DNA of 64,000 nt from Tubiluchus corallicola. Its lineage: Eukaryota > Animalia > Priapulida. The first letter of the stretch is position 1. Every line of letters begins with the position of its first letter. This document shows, one piece after another, positions 50,601-63,879 of the stretch. The position numbers and the translations under genes were made by a program. The notes beneath the pieces are model-generated. The model was not told the DNA's origin. It did not search any database and was given only the letters and a program-made list of their open reading frames with translations. The stretch covers positions 434,001-498,000 of the forward strand of contig JAQGDQ010000098.1 of the NCBI GenBank assembly GCA_030141605.1, in the 5' to 3' direction.

Positions 50601-52690
50601 CGTCAAGGCTACCTTTAATGAGGATTCCTAAACGTTGGACAGCGAATAGTAAGCTACACGTCTAAATACTTACTCTTAAAAGTGTCCAGTTCTTGTGCAA
50701 AATGAACCTGGAGTCCAAATGACCTATGTGTCCAGAGCATCTAGTGTCCAATTCTTGTGCAAAATGAGCCGTGTGTCCATATGACCTATGTATCGAAAAT
50801 ATTAGTGTCTAAATGTATCCTATGTCCACGTGGCTTGTGTGTCCAAATAGCCTGTGTGTTCAAATGACCTATGTATTCAAATCGCTTTGTGTCCTAAGGA
50901 TTCTGTTTACATAACCTACATGTCTAAACTATCTTGCGTCCAAATGGCGTGTTTATCCAAAGCACCTTGTGTTCAAATGACCCATCCGTCCAAAAATTTT
51001 GTGGCGAAGCATTCTGTGCCCATACATTTGTGTCGAAATGTCTGCACCCTGCTTGTTATATCTGCTCGCAAATGTTAGTCTTTAACGCGTTTCCAACAAT
51101 GCAGTCTATATTATAGGATAGGCACCCTACTTTGCCTTTAATTAATTATCTGGATAGATCGCTCACACAGCCGTGTATTCATCGAGCTGGGGATTAGTAA
51201 AGACTGCTTTTCTTAACTGTTCTTTGGGTTTCCTTTGCGTTTGTGCATAATAGCATTGATTGCCCTTGCCTACAAACGGTCGTTTTGTTTTGACGAGAAT
51301 GAGTTGGAAGTACCAAACTCTTCTGGCTCGTATTGCAAACAGAAATGTTGCTGACGTGTACAGTAAATACACCTACGTGTTTCACTTTCAAAAAGGTATA
51401 TTTACATTTATGACTGTCTATAAACGAAATTTGCTGATTTGACACTGCTATTTGGATCATGGTGTTCTGTTTCGTGAGTTCCTAACTGTAGAAATCCACT
51501 TTCGTGGCTTAACCCACTTTAGCAAAGAGAAACACGAAAGCCACATTCTTGAGTTGGGTTTGCCAAGAACTTTGCCATTTGTAGCCGCAAATAACATTCT
51601 GTTTTCATAAATTTCATAGATTCGCATGCCAGACGCTTTAGTTCTTGTAGCTAAACTGGTTTTGAAAATTCGCACTGATGTATTCGTTGGCTAAGCAGGT
51701 ACATCGATGATCAAGTAATTAGGTACAAATGCAGCAGGTTCATTGGTGATCAAGTAATTAGGTACAAATGCGGCAAGTGCGCAACTGAGTATAACATTAT
51801 ATACATTTTCGTATAAACCTTTAAATAATATTTCTCTAGAGTTTCTTTATTGCCCCTTATCCCGATTTGTAGATTGTGTTGTTTGAAGCAATTTATATAA
51901 AAACATTTCTAGTAATTCTTTTGTCTTGTGGTGTTGTCATAATTAATAACTTTTGAGCCAGGCACAGCAAGGTTTTTAATGACTCATGATGCAAACAGTT
52001 TAATTGAAATATGTTCGCAATTTACAACTGTAATAACATCGCCATTTTTCCAGCCTTTAATGGGCTTTTAAGTTTATGTGCTACTGTGAAACATTGATTT
52101 TAATTAATAAGTAATGAGAAGCCAGTGTAGAGTGAAGTTTAATGAGCGTTAAGCAGGGAGTCTACAGCCCAAGGGAAAAATATTAAACAGGTATACAGTA
52201 TACTGACATAAACGTTCGGGCAGCTACCGTCTCAAAGTCCCTAAAAGCTAAGCTCCAACGCTACAAAATAGTTTTGTTTCGGCAGCATAGATATTTACAT
52301 GTAGCGTCTGTGTCCTTAAAGTTATTTTTAAAAAAGTACAGCGGAGAAATAGTGGTCCCATTCACTGCGTGAATCCTTCGTAACATTTATTGTTTTTACG
52401 TTTTAACGTTTTACGTTAAAATATGACTAACATTTTATGGTATAAGTGTATTTTTTGAAACGTTTTCTATGCTAGTCTTGGTGGGTTGGGAACAGTTTTC
52501 GACAGGCTGCAGTTTTTGTTATTGTTATGTTAGTGACATATTATGCTATACTGTAGATGTTAAAATGATACTTTTCGTATTCTAGGGTGAGTTGGAGATA
52601 GTTTTTGATAGGCTGCAGTCATCAACAGCCTCACCAAAAGTACATAACGTACAAACACAGTCAAGTGGACAGGACAGCTTGGTAAGCTAG

Positions 52691-52776
<86 letters not shown>

Positions 52777-55700
52777 GTCTCTGTCTCTGCCTCTGCCTCT
52801 GCCTCTGCCTCTGCCTCTGCCTCTGCCTCTGCCTCTGCAGTTTGTCGTTTGGAAAAATCAATGCAGCTCTTTAGATATATGAAAGCTATCCTTTAATAAA
52901 TTGATAGCCTGGCGTTTGGAGTAAAAGTGGTTGACCAGTCAAAACTCATTGATTTATTGTTGGTCTAAATGTGACGAGTGACTTAAGTGATAAATGCAGT
53001 GCGAAGTTATCATATATAAATGCATTAACTGTTTCTCATAGAAATTTCACATGTATTGCCAACATCTATTCTGCTTCCTCACAAACATATAATGCTGTAA
53101 TTCAACTGCTAGTAATATGTTATTTGTTTGCTGTTCATTAGTACCTAAGTGTTTGGAGCTGGCGCAGGTTTGCCGTTGCCCTGGGCTGCGTCCCGAAAGC
53201 TGCTTTTATCTTATTAATTGAATAGTAATCCTGGCAGTTTGCATAGGATGCAAATGAATAACAGCAAAAAAATGTTAGCAATTTTTACTGGAAAAGATCT
53301 AATTTTGACAAATGAGTTAGTTCTGGGCTTGGTGCCAATGCAATGCCAACGATCATAAATGAAGGTTGGCATTGTATTATTAACTAATTTTGTAAACGGT
53401 TTTGTCAACACTGTGGACTTCATCAACAAATCATTTCGACATAGCAAGAGACGATCTCTTGAATCCATTATGCCTGTCCGTTCAGCATCGTATATGTCAA
53501 ATCTTTTTGGAGTATATCTAACGGGCAGTACAAAAAATGTGCTGCAATTTTCAAGCAATTCCGTTATTTGTGCCACCTGATATATATATAGCTCAGTAAC
53601 TGAATTCTCTTTTGTTTTTGTTGGTTCAAGAATTTTATGTAATGGTCTAGGAAGAAAGGATTCCCTGGGCAACCTTAATGCATAGTCAATCCAACGTAGT
53701 GTTTTTATTTCAATCTTAGATGATTTGTATACTCCAAGGGTTTTTCTTTAAATATCACATCATCATACAGATCATCAGATCATACCTAATAGCTTCCAGT
53801 AGAGCTATTACATCGTTGAAAAGCATTTATTTCCTTTTATTGCCCATATATGATGTTCAACTTAAGTGCACAAACTCCATTCGAGCTGATGTTATTCATT
53901 GGTTGTGTGCTGTGTTCATCTGTATTGTTGTAAGTTATACCTGCTAATGTTTTCTGTCAGTGAGTGGGGATAAATAAAATTTGTTGTCTTTGTCATTGTT
54001 TGTGTGCTATGTGTTTATCTGTATTGTAAGTTATACATGCTAATGTTGTCTGTCAGTGAGTGGGGATAAATAAAATTTGTTGTCTTTGTCATTGTTTGTG
54101 TGCTATGTGTTTATCTGTATTGTAAGTTATACATGCTAATGTTGTCTGTCAGTGAGTGGGGATAAATAAAATTTGATGTCTTTGTTATTTTTCTTTGCTA
54201 AATTTGAGTTTTTATTCTTGTTAAATGTTACTGAATGTTGAAACATGTTAAATTTCAAACTAATTTATCTGAAACAGGAAAGTGTGTTAATATTACTTAC
54301 ATTACTAGTCCATTTTAGGCGCTAATAAAAAGTTTCTATTTGATTTGCCTTCCAGGTTGTAATATACTGTTTTACACTAGTTGAACATTGTATTATATTT
54401 TGTCCTATTTTTTGAGAATGGAAATATTACAAAAAATGAATTACAACTACTGGTAGCATAGTAATATTCTTTATTATTATAAGTCTTTACTTCTTTTGCA
54501 GGTACAAATATAAAAAATAACATACATAAACTGTGGGCCTGTGTATCTGTCATACAAGTTCACAAAACTGTTTTACAAACTGTGAAGTTATACAAAAGTT
54601 CCTACAATATGCGCGAGACATCATTATTTATATGCTAACATTATTACTACATTACTACATATGCTAACTTATTAATACATTAGCTTAAAAATAAAATTTT
54701 AATAATTTTGCTTGTTTAGCACGCGAATTTCATTATGAAAGAATCCCGAACTATATTTCTGAAAGCAGATAATAAATTTTCTATATAAATGTACTGCAGC
54801 TCTCATTTTTTTCATTTATCTTTATGTCTAGCCATAACATCTGTTAAAGGACATTCATATAATAAATGTATCCCTGTTGCCCATTAAGAAAGTCTAGTGC
54901 GAAATAGAAGGTATCTCGTTTGCAAGCATTTTCGCAAAGACTTGCTTTGAATGTTTTTGCCCGCTCCCCCTCTCTTTCTCTCTCACACTCTCTCACTTTC
55001 TCTCTCACTTCCTCCCTCACTCTCTCCCTCTCACCTCTCGCTCTTCCTCTCCCTCTTTAACTTATTCATGCCTCGATATCATTGTTATGTACATGTTGCC
55101 ATTAGTGATTATGTTGTGCTAAACACTGTTATAACGCTGGCCAGATATTAATTTAGAGCAATCTTGTGCCATTACTATGCTGTTCTTATTAATAATCTGT
55201 TATAACTGGCTGAAGTGTCGTTGTTAAATTTTGCATCATACTATTTCAGATTGTGCAATGTACGGCAGAAGTAGAGAATGTGAACTTTGCAGTTGTAGCC
55301 CAGGAACAGACAAACAGTGGCTCGAAAAAGTCACAATATGACATCAAAGTGGATCGACTAGTCGGACAGGTGGTAGCAGCTTGCTTATTCTTGACATTTT
55401 TTCCATATTACTTACCAATCAGTTATTGGGTAGATTATGCATGTGTCTGTTTCCAGTGCCAAAACCATAAAAAATTGTCATATTTTTCGTAAGTCAAGTT
55501 GGTTAATCCTCATAAAATTCTTAAATTATTAATCTGGAGAGAGAGAGAGAGAGAGATATTTCAATTTTGAAAATTACAGAGAAAAACAAGCATTTGCTTT
55601 TTGAGTTTCCAACCTTATCTTTCCTGTCAACCTTTAAGCAAAGTTATTTACGGCTTGAGTTTTGTTTTTTCTACTCTATTTCATTTTTTGCCTTATTTTA

Positions 55701-58700
55701 GCTGGAACATTGGGAACGGCAGCTGTAATGTAGAAATATGTCAGTGCCTTGCTGGCAATGCTGTCGGAGATTTTTTACTCAGAGAGACCGAAGACTGTAG
55801 AGCAATTAAGCTTGCACTGTTGTTAGTTAAAGCAAAATCGGACCCAATGTTAAACTGTAGGTCAAACAACCTATCCTTTAAAATATTGAAAGGAAACATA
55901 CTATCTTTTAAAGAATGCCTTAAGTAAAAGAGTTATTACCACACAAATGCAATCTCGCATTTGCGCTACTGGTTCTTTGTTGTTACGTGCATTTTTCCAT
56001 TCGCTAGTTAGATGGGCACTAGCACCTGCATTTTGGAAAGCGTTGCACAAAAAACAGGTTCTGTTCCTTTCAGTTCAGATGTGTGTGTTTGTGACAAGCT
56101 GCACGCGTTCGATAGCTCATGCGTGAGTACAGCGGTAAATTAGAATTTTTATCTTAAAACTTGCGGAGTCTTAGTACAACACACTGAATCTCTTACTGTA
56201 GCACTGTACTTCAATTTTCGCTTTCGCAAACTCGTGCAACATGCTCATGGAATGTTTTTAAACTTGAAAATTATGTTATTTTGTGATGTCATCACTAGTT
56301 GGCAATTAAGATTTTAATCTATTATTTAATTATCAGAAACGTTTTTGAAATATTATTGGTGTTAAAATGTGTATTTTACCGTATTTGAAAATGGGGTAGT
56401 ATGTACAAAAAATCATCCTGTCTTCTTTAAGTTCTAAAAGGCAAAAAATGACAAAAAGTGTCATTATATAACTACAAGAATTAGTAGGTTCTGTTTGAAT
56501 TTCTAACTAGTGCTAACAAGTAACTCTTTCCCATATCTTATGTAGTCTGCAAAAATGGCAGTCCTTTTTAAGTTCTGAGCACAGTTGTCATAATTATAAC
56601 TAACTTCCTGAATGCCAAGACGTCTGCGACTGAGCAGAAGACGTAAGCCTTTCTCACTCTTCATCATCTGTTAGTAATTGATGTCGAAATACCCTGTTGG
56701 TATTTTCATGCTGGGTTAAGTAACGCCTCAGCATCGACTGGTTTCATAGCTGCTGTAAACAGGGAGTTTTTCTTCCATCATTCTGATATATAGGCTGGGT
56801 AGTGTGAGCTGCACGTCTGTTTCCACATATGAGACATACTATACTAATTATTTATAGTTAATCTGAATTGGTACACCATGCTTATTATTCTTAATGGATC
56901 AGTTTTGCTATCTATAAAAACACATGTTGCACAATAGGACATTTTACTGCTTAACCCCATTTTGTTCACATAATGTACTTCTATGGAAATGGCATGCTAG
57001 TGCAAGGGTTTTTCAAGTCCAAACAGGTGTTTGAAATGTGCCGTAATTTTAGTCTATATTATTGAGGATTTTTGTATATTTTTGTATGTCAGTTATTTGT
57101 ATATCACAAAATTTTTACTGTCAAGTATGGAGCATGATTTTTTGTGCTAAATTTTTAAGAATCGTGTTTCATTTATCTCTAACTCATTCTGTACAAGCTC
57201 AGTGAAGTAAGAGAATCATGTTTACAAATTGACAATATCCTAGGTAATTATGAAGATAACCAATAAAAATTTGTGATTACATATTTACGTAATGCAAACT
57301 TCTAGTCAGGTATTTATGAATTTTTTGCATAATTTCTAATAAATCACTACTAGCCAGTGGTGTGATTAAGAGAAATTAGTCATTTGTTATTTAGTGACAA
57401 GCACTTGTTGTTAGAATTTTTGTTTGACAGATTATTGTAAAATAAATCAATTAACTGGTCATTGCTCGTACTGGTTTTTTATCAGAAATGTAACGATTCT
57501 TCTTTGTTTCAGGTCAACTTCAGGTTTGGATTTATGGAGTCAGATTTGCATGTTACAATGCTATTTGTTGAAAAACCAGAAGTGTATGTAACGTCCACAT
57601 TAAAAGGAAGCCAGGTAATTTATCACATTAGAAAGATTCAGGCATCATGCCTCCTTGCATGCAGCCATTTCAGCACTCTGTATAGGTTTTTGCTGATAAA
57701 ATTTCCTTGCAATTTTTAACATGTTGTAGTTTCTAATCCTTTTACCTTGTAATTGATGTATCCTCACTCTCTGCGTGTAAATTTCTTATAAAATTACATC
57801 CCATTTCACAGGTTTTCAAAATTGCTTTTGGGATTATGTTTAGTAATAGATGCGGCTATAAATGATGCATTCAGAGCCATCTTTGTTGTCGGGAAGCCGT
57901 CTATCACACTTGACACGAGGAATATTATTAATCATAAACAAGACATTAAAGAGCACGAGTGATGATTAATTTGTGAGCCATCTTTGCCTGTACATCATAA
58001 ATTACTTCACATTTCTAGGTCGTTTTATCTGGGGCGGTTTATTGGTTTATAAGAGCACTGAAGTTTGGTTATTGCACTTTTTAAAATCATGACAACATTT
58101 TCCATGACAGTTAAATTTGCTACCCTACAACATTATGCAAAACATAAATCTCATAAACTGAGGTTCAAAGGTAGGAAGGGATAAATACTGTATTTGTATA
58201 TGTGCACAAATTACGCAGTTTGCTTTTTATTTCTTTCCAGCATCCTGGGGATCAAATCAGTCCCATAAAAGTTGAAGAGCTCGTCAAGAAAATCATATCA
58301 TTAGCAGTAACAACTATGAATCTTACTGGCGGCCATGATTTTCCATCCAAACCGCATGCTTTATTTGAAACGCTAAATCATGTGACAAAACAGACAGTTA
58401 TGGTAAGTTACATTTGCTTAATAGTTGAACGTAGAATTTGCAATAACATGCTTCATAAAAATGAATGCATTTCTGAAATAAACACAGTAAGTGAGGCCTC
58501 AGTTGACAGCCACATTTAGTGATGATTTGTTGACTTTTTGCCTTTAATTTCTTGACATCGAATTTTTTTACCATTGTGTACAATATGACGCTTTCTTGTG
58601 TACTGCATATTTGCAACCCGTTCTCACCATTCTTTAGAACAAAAAATTATCACTCGTTAGGCGTGGTACTTGTAGTGTTAGAAAGCCAATTAAGGCTTCA

Positions 58701-61700
58701 AAGCTAATCATTGTTCACCGGCTAACTGAGGACCGAAAAAAGTTTGCTGCCTGGGTTCAACACAGATGCTTACACCTACTGTGGAGTTAGGAGTTGCTGC
58801 TCTCACTGTGTAGCTATCAATTTGCTTGCAGTAAGCAATAGAGCATAAGCGATTAGCATAGAATAAAAGAAAATCCTTAACGTCAGAAACCGATCTGAAG
58901 ACTTAAGTTTTGAATTTGAAATTTACCTATTTAAATGTTTCACTGTTCTGTAAGAAAGAGATGCATAATCAGCTGTAATTTCATGTAGGTTGTAGTTGCA
59001 ATGCCTTTGTCTGAAAAATGTATATAAGTATTAGCAATAAAACTTGTAAAACATTTGGTTTGTGTATGCCAAGTATTAACAAATTTTCAGAGAGATGCCA
59101 CTGAAATAATTTCCCCACATTTTCATTATTTTTTGGGAGCGGGTAGATGGCTACATCTGGAATGAAATACTTTTGTTAAATGAGGACCTATTGTAGCATT
59201 AGTTTTTAATAAAATAATGATCTTCATGTATACGTTCTTTCAATGAAATTTGATTTATGGATTTGTAGTTAAATTTTAAATTTTTTGTGATGTTTTCTGC
59301 GGTTCTTTTTAAGCATTCTGAAGCAGTCCCATCTCTAGTTTCTGCTTCTCCGTCATCATTGCCAGGTGCGCCTTCTCGTGGCAAACATCTTCTCGTGAAG
59401 GTTATTAAAGCTAACGGCCTCGGAGCTATCACAGGTAAATGTTGTTACAGTATTACTATGATTTAGTCATGATGATTAAGTCTGTAAGTACTAGTGTTGG
59501 GACATCAGTTTCATTTCTATTATCGATTAATTATATACGAAATCTATGTGATAATCGATCATAATCGGTTTTCAGGCATAAAATATTAGAGTTTCCAAAT
59601 TTTCAGCAAAGCTGAGTGTGACAGGTTTGTTATATTAACTGTTTCTGTTTTAATTTCCATGTTGGCGGAATTAGTATAAATTAAAGAACAAGTTTTAAAT
59701 TAGCTTTTTTTTATTAATTTGGAGTTTACTAAACTGTCCTTCAAAGCTGTCGTTGTCATTTGCATACTTATACGTACTTAATTTTGTTTACCAAAGCACC
59801 TGCTTGTGCTCATTAGAAACCTAAGCTATGGTGTTAATGTACTACGCAAAGGCATGTTGTTTGATTTCTTTGTAGCGATGGCTATGTTTATCGTGCAATT
59901 ACGTACAAAATAAGTGCAAATGGCATACTTATGCTATCACTTTGAGTCGGCAGCTGAAAAAAATGATCAATGATCGAAAATAAAAGTCAAAATTGATTAT
60001 AATCGATTAATTGGTCCAACCATTAGTAAATACAGTATTTTTTTTTTTTCAGAAAGGTTACGTAATTATCTTATTACTTGTAAAACTTTTCGATTTTTGT
60101 CACTATACTGAATTTTTTGCTATTAGGTTCTATTTTAAATAGTAGTTGCTGCCATCATCGGCACCTTCGTTGTAGTTATCAACATTATCATCGCCATTTA
60201 TCCACCTATTGCCAAACACTTTTTTTATTTATGCAAAAACAGCAGAGAGGATGTTTTTCAATAAAATTTATTCTACTTTGTAGACCATTCCTTTGCTGTT
60301 CTGAGAGTTTACTTATTTTTCTGCAGTCTGGAAGGTGTTTGTGTAAACTTTTATAAAATTTGTACGAACCCTGTTGAGAAATGGACCCTGTGCAAGGTGC
60401 AAGTATAAGTTAGTCATATATATACTGAGATTAGGTGATGTCATATTATTTTAATATAATTTTCTCATTTAAGGTTGCGTTGACCCATACTGCGTTGTTG
60501 AGCTTGACGAACCACCAAGAAAATTTGTGACATCCGTCATCCGTAACACTGTAAATCCATTCTGGGATGAACACTTTCTTTTGTACGATTTTCCTGAAAT
60601 TTACTTAAATTGTTATACTGTTGTGAGTAATAGACGTTTCAGCATGAAATGCTGCAAAATTTAAGGGGACTGTTCTGACTATATTTACAACTAATTATAT
60701 AAAACTAAATATGTCTAATCTTTCCATAATGTTGAATTTAGCCCTCAGATTGTCATTTCAAGTCCAAACTTGCCTTGAAACTGTCTACTCTTTTTTTTGA
60801 TTTGGTAAAATTAGTCTGCGGAATTTATAACTGTGGTTTTTGCTCCAATATTGTTGACATCGAAATACGTGTATACAATGTGTTAATTGGTTATCCACAG
60901 ACCTCTTTGGTAAGAATGATTACTGGCTTGTGATGTTTGATATTCGTGATGGAATTGTGGTTCGTGACAGGAACAGCACCTCCGGATTGAGTTTCGGGAC
61001 GTTAACTGACTTAAAGGTCACGATTTTTCGGGGTTCGGGATGAAGTGATCAGGATCGGGATTCAGGTCTGGACCAAAAGTTCAGAACCAGAGTTCCCAAT
61101 ACTGAATATAATTATGAGTAAACTGATGCTGTAGTTACGTGCACTAGCGGTAGTATCTCTTTGTTGTGATGTCAAAATAGTTGTTAGGATTCATTGTTCG
61201 TATTCCCTGTGAACTCGCCAAAAAATTCCAAGATGACTGAATGCCCTTTCTCTGTATGTGCCGTGAAATAATGATGCATTTACTTTAAACTACTTACAAG
61301 AGGTTTAAGAAATAGCAGATTCTTTGCAATCATACTAATAGCTAATGAAATTTCAATAGAAAATACTTTATAGCAAAATTTAAGCTACGGATAACTTGAC
61401 AAAGGAGCCTTTTTCTCAATAAAACTGAAAAAACCTGAAGTAAACGTGATTTTTTCGGATATTGTGAACTTTTAAAATTTGTAGTCAGGATGGGATGAGA
61501 AGCTCAGGAATGGGGATTTAGGACGGGTCTGAATGTTCGGCAACGGGATTCAGGATTTGAAAAAAGTTCGGGATTGAAATTTTGATCATGATAACCTCAA
61601 TTCTGAAGATCGCTATTACTGATATTTTTATTAAACAGTTTCAATTTTGCTTTAGAAATGTGCAAATGATTATGTGCATTTTACTTTTTTTCAGTGATTT

Positions 61701-63211
61701 GAATGACAATTCTAAAGAGTTAAAATTAGCACTTTTCGACAGAGACAAAAATACCGGGCGTAAGTTGTGCCGCTTACTTTTTTAAGATTGTGTGGAATTT
61801 TTAGTGAAATGTTGACTATTGAAAAATTATTCATGTTTAAGGATGACTAATTTGGGAAAAAAGACATTAAATCCTGTTTTGTCTTTGCTGTATTTCAGAA
61901 GATTTTCTTGGACGTTCAGTGTTAAGTTTGAAAGATTTGCGTAATAGTCCTACACAACGTCACATTGTCGATATGGCAAGTCGTCCAGACAAGCAGGATG
62001 AAGTCTCTGGCACCGCAACTATAGAGGTAATTTGCCATATTGTATCTCTTGCAGGCGCACTTCTTTCATTGAATACTGCCCTCGAGAAGATTTTAGAGAC
62101 TACCGAATGCAGCAAGAGAGGAGAATGTCAAAGCCAGGTTGGGATAATGTAAATAGTGGATCTGCTGTTACTTTTCAATTGTTTTCAAACGTGTTTGAAT
62201 CCTGTCTCTATTAGAGCACTAGTGACATCTGTGGCATAATGTCGCACAGGAAGCGACTTTATGTTGCACCTGCATCATTATCCAAAAACTTCGTAAACAA
62301 TAAACATTAGTCAATTTGAATTGCACGTCATTTAATCTGGTCTATTTCGCAGGTTGCTTTCATGGAGGGTGACATACAGCTTTCTTCTCCACAAACGACA
62401 ACACTCACACAGCAAGATCTATCTGGAGATTATGTCACCAAAACTACCACAACAACTTTAAAGCAACTGCGTCCAGGCGAAGGTAAATGGTATCTTTCTG
62501 GAATGCTGACATACTGAAATAAAAGTAATTTAGAAGTTGCTGAAACTTAGCATAGTCTTTTACTTTCAAATCGTTTTAAAATAATTGTGTCTTGTATGCT
62601 TCTTTAGTGCTTTCTTAAATCAGAAACAGTTATTTAGTCATGCAATGCCGTAAAAAAGAAAAATTCAACATTGTTTTCAAAGTATAGATTCGGTTGCAAC
62701 ATCTTACTTCACATATACTGACTTGGAGTAATTACTAGCCGACCAAAGCCAGGAATTTGCTAAATTTACGGTTTAGAAATCGTAGTTTAATTCAGTAGTT
62801 ATTTTCCATGTCTGCATGACTTATTGCTAATTTGTGCATTCTGTATTTCAGTATGATTCTGGTCTAAGTTGTTTAAGTTTGTCGAAAATTAAATTGCAGC
62901 AAAACTCGATTAATTTGGCATTGAGCAGGCTGAAAGCAATGGCTTTGCAACAGTTTTTTGCAGCTAATTAATTAATGGAGATTTTTGTGCTGCAGTTTAC
63001 AGTATGATTGCTTATTAACTTTTAACATTTTGTTAACTTTTGCGCCTAGTCTAGACTAATATTTGTGTGCAGTTAAATTTGTAGGCTGTGGGACACTATC
63101 TCATCGTAATTAGCTTTGTTGTTCATTAACTTCATACAGACTCCTCGGGTGGCAGTAGTAGAGAAGCAACACCAGTCAGAGTTCCATCTGCTGGTGCTAA
63201 TGTTGAGGAAG
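38002..63211 (+). CDS. C2CD2: C2CD2/C2CD2L (TMEM24)-like phospholipid transfer protein (N-terminal TM, SMP, C2); 11 exons in window, continues beyond it
   Basis: Exons: 38002-38463, 52586-52681, 55250-55369, 57513-57614, 58241-58402, 59314-59434, 60474-60582, 61695-61759, 61899-62026, 62353-62482, 63140-63211; all phases chain (1567 nt). TM segment ILLLIWVAIGVGIYVIGVLL; SMP start ESADWLNEFIDW..WIKSLNDHA; C2 domain LLVKVIKANGL..DPYCVVELDEPPRKFVTSVIRNTVNPFWDEHFLF..DFLG. The start could instead be ATG 38059. Confidence 0.88.
42430..42510 (-). repeat. tRNA-derived SINE head
   Basis: Minus strand GGTGGCTGAGTGGTCTAG (A box) ... GAGTTCGAG (B box); I could not fold an intact cloverleaf. Confidence 0.55.
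44535..44602. repeat. (CA)n microsatellite
   Basis: Seen directly. Confidence 0.97.
46200..47700 (+). mobile_element. Decayed non-LTR retrotransposon (RT core to zinc knuckle)
   Basis: LFVDDIAGMG (RT YxDD-like) at about 46545, WYKYL at about 46725, and CCHC-like PLCGKKEVTTEHIFKC at about 47525; A-rich with many stops; contains a 78-bp tandem duplication at 47217-47372. Confidence 0.75.
49148..51049. mobile_element. Foldback/Mutator-like non-autonomous element with inverted arrays of short subrepeats
   Basis: The left arm (49290-49680) has repeated TTTGGACACA and the right arm (50660-51040) repeated TGTGTCCAAA. Termini GGGTGACAGAGACATTT / AAATGTCTGCACCC are inverted-similar. Confidence 0.65.
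52691..52838. repeat. Compound (CT)n-(CTCTGT)n-(CTCTGC)n microsatellite just after the C2CD2 exon 2 donor
   Basis: Seen directly. Confidence 0.97.
53450..53900 (-). mobile_element. RTE-like LINE 3' remnant
   Basis: Minus-strand fragments EINAFQRC and TLRWIDYALRLPRES..LPR resemble the RTE post-RT motifs (LDAFQRRCLR, LRWxGHVxRM..LP). Confidence 0.5.
53904..54190. repeat. 96-bp tandem repeat, about 3 copies
   Basis: GTCAGTGAGTGGGGATAAATAAAATTTG recurs at 53956, 54052 and 54148; copies 2 and 3 are nearly identical. Confidence 0.93.
56200..56430. repeat. Second copy of the dispersed repeat at 3190-3406
   Basis: Same colinear blocks, ending ctttaa. Confidence 0.6.
59492..60025. mobile_element. 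hAT-type MITE with ATCGAT-rich ends
   Basis: TAGTGTTGGGAC ... GTCCAACCATTA; 8-bp TSD GTAAGTAC / GTAAATAC (7 of 8 match). Confidence 0.75.
60935..61600. mobile_element. Degenerate DNA-transposon remnant with CGGGAT subterminal repeats
   Basis: Clusters of (TT)CGGGA(T) at 60980-61070 and 61490-61580; ends not clearly resolved. Confidence 0.45.
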
Positions 63212-63879
63212 GTACATTTTTTCCTTTGACTTTAATATTATTTCTAGAAACGCACTGATGCAAAAATGAAATAGTTGTACATATCAATTGCACAATAATG
63301 CTGTCTGATTATTGACTCAGCTGTCCTGTTAATTATCATGTAACAGCTGCCAATCCATTTCATCTTGACCATTTGTCTAAATTGTCATTGGCAGTAAAAC
63401 AATGAGAGTTACGACAGCGTTGAAACTTTAACGTAAACACATTGGTTATGAGCACTAGTATATTTTTTTTTGCAAGCCTCGCAGTGATAAAATAGCATTT
63501 TGTATCCTATTATGTTGCAGATGGCTAATCCTTTTTTGTTTTGTCTTTCATAAAATTACTTTGCGTGATCTACAATTATTTTTACATGGGTAATTTAATT
63601 ATTTATTTAAAGTTGTCATAAATTCATATTCTGCTTTATCAAATGTGTGATCTGCAGTTTTTCTTGCACAGATGCAAACTAAACTATTTTAATCTGTTTA
63701 AACTATTAAACAGACGGTTACCTTATCCTAGTTTCTTTACTTTTTAACATGTCCCAAACATGGCAAATTATGTTTAAATAGTTATAAATGAGAAATTATT
63801 TACCTTGTATCAGTTCCTTCATTACTAGCAGTAGCATTCTCTGTCTGCATGTTTGCGTATTATAGTTGCACTGCATCGT

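Noticed and set aside
51695-51780. 39-bp-period direct repeat TGATCAAGTAATTAGGTACAAATGC, superficially CRISPR-like
   Set aside because: Only about two copies, the inter-repeat segments resemble each other, the context is a eukaryotic intron, and there are no cas genes.
53214-53672. 152-aa minus-strand ORF as a nested gene
   Set aside because: It overlaps a decayed LINE remnant and shows no coherent domain.
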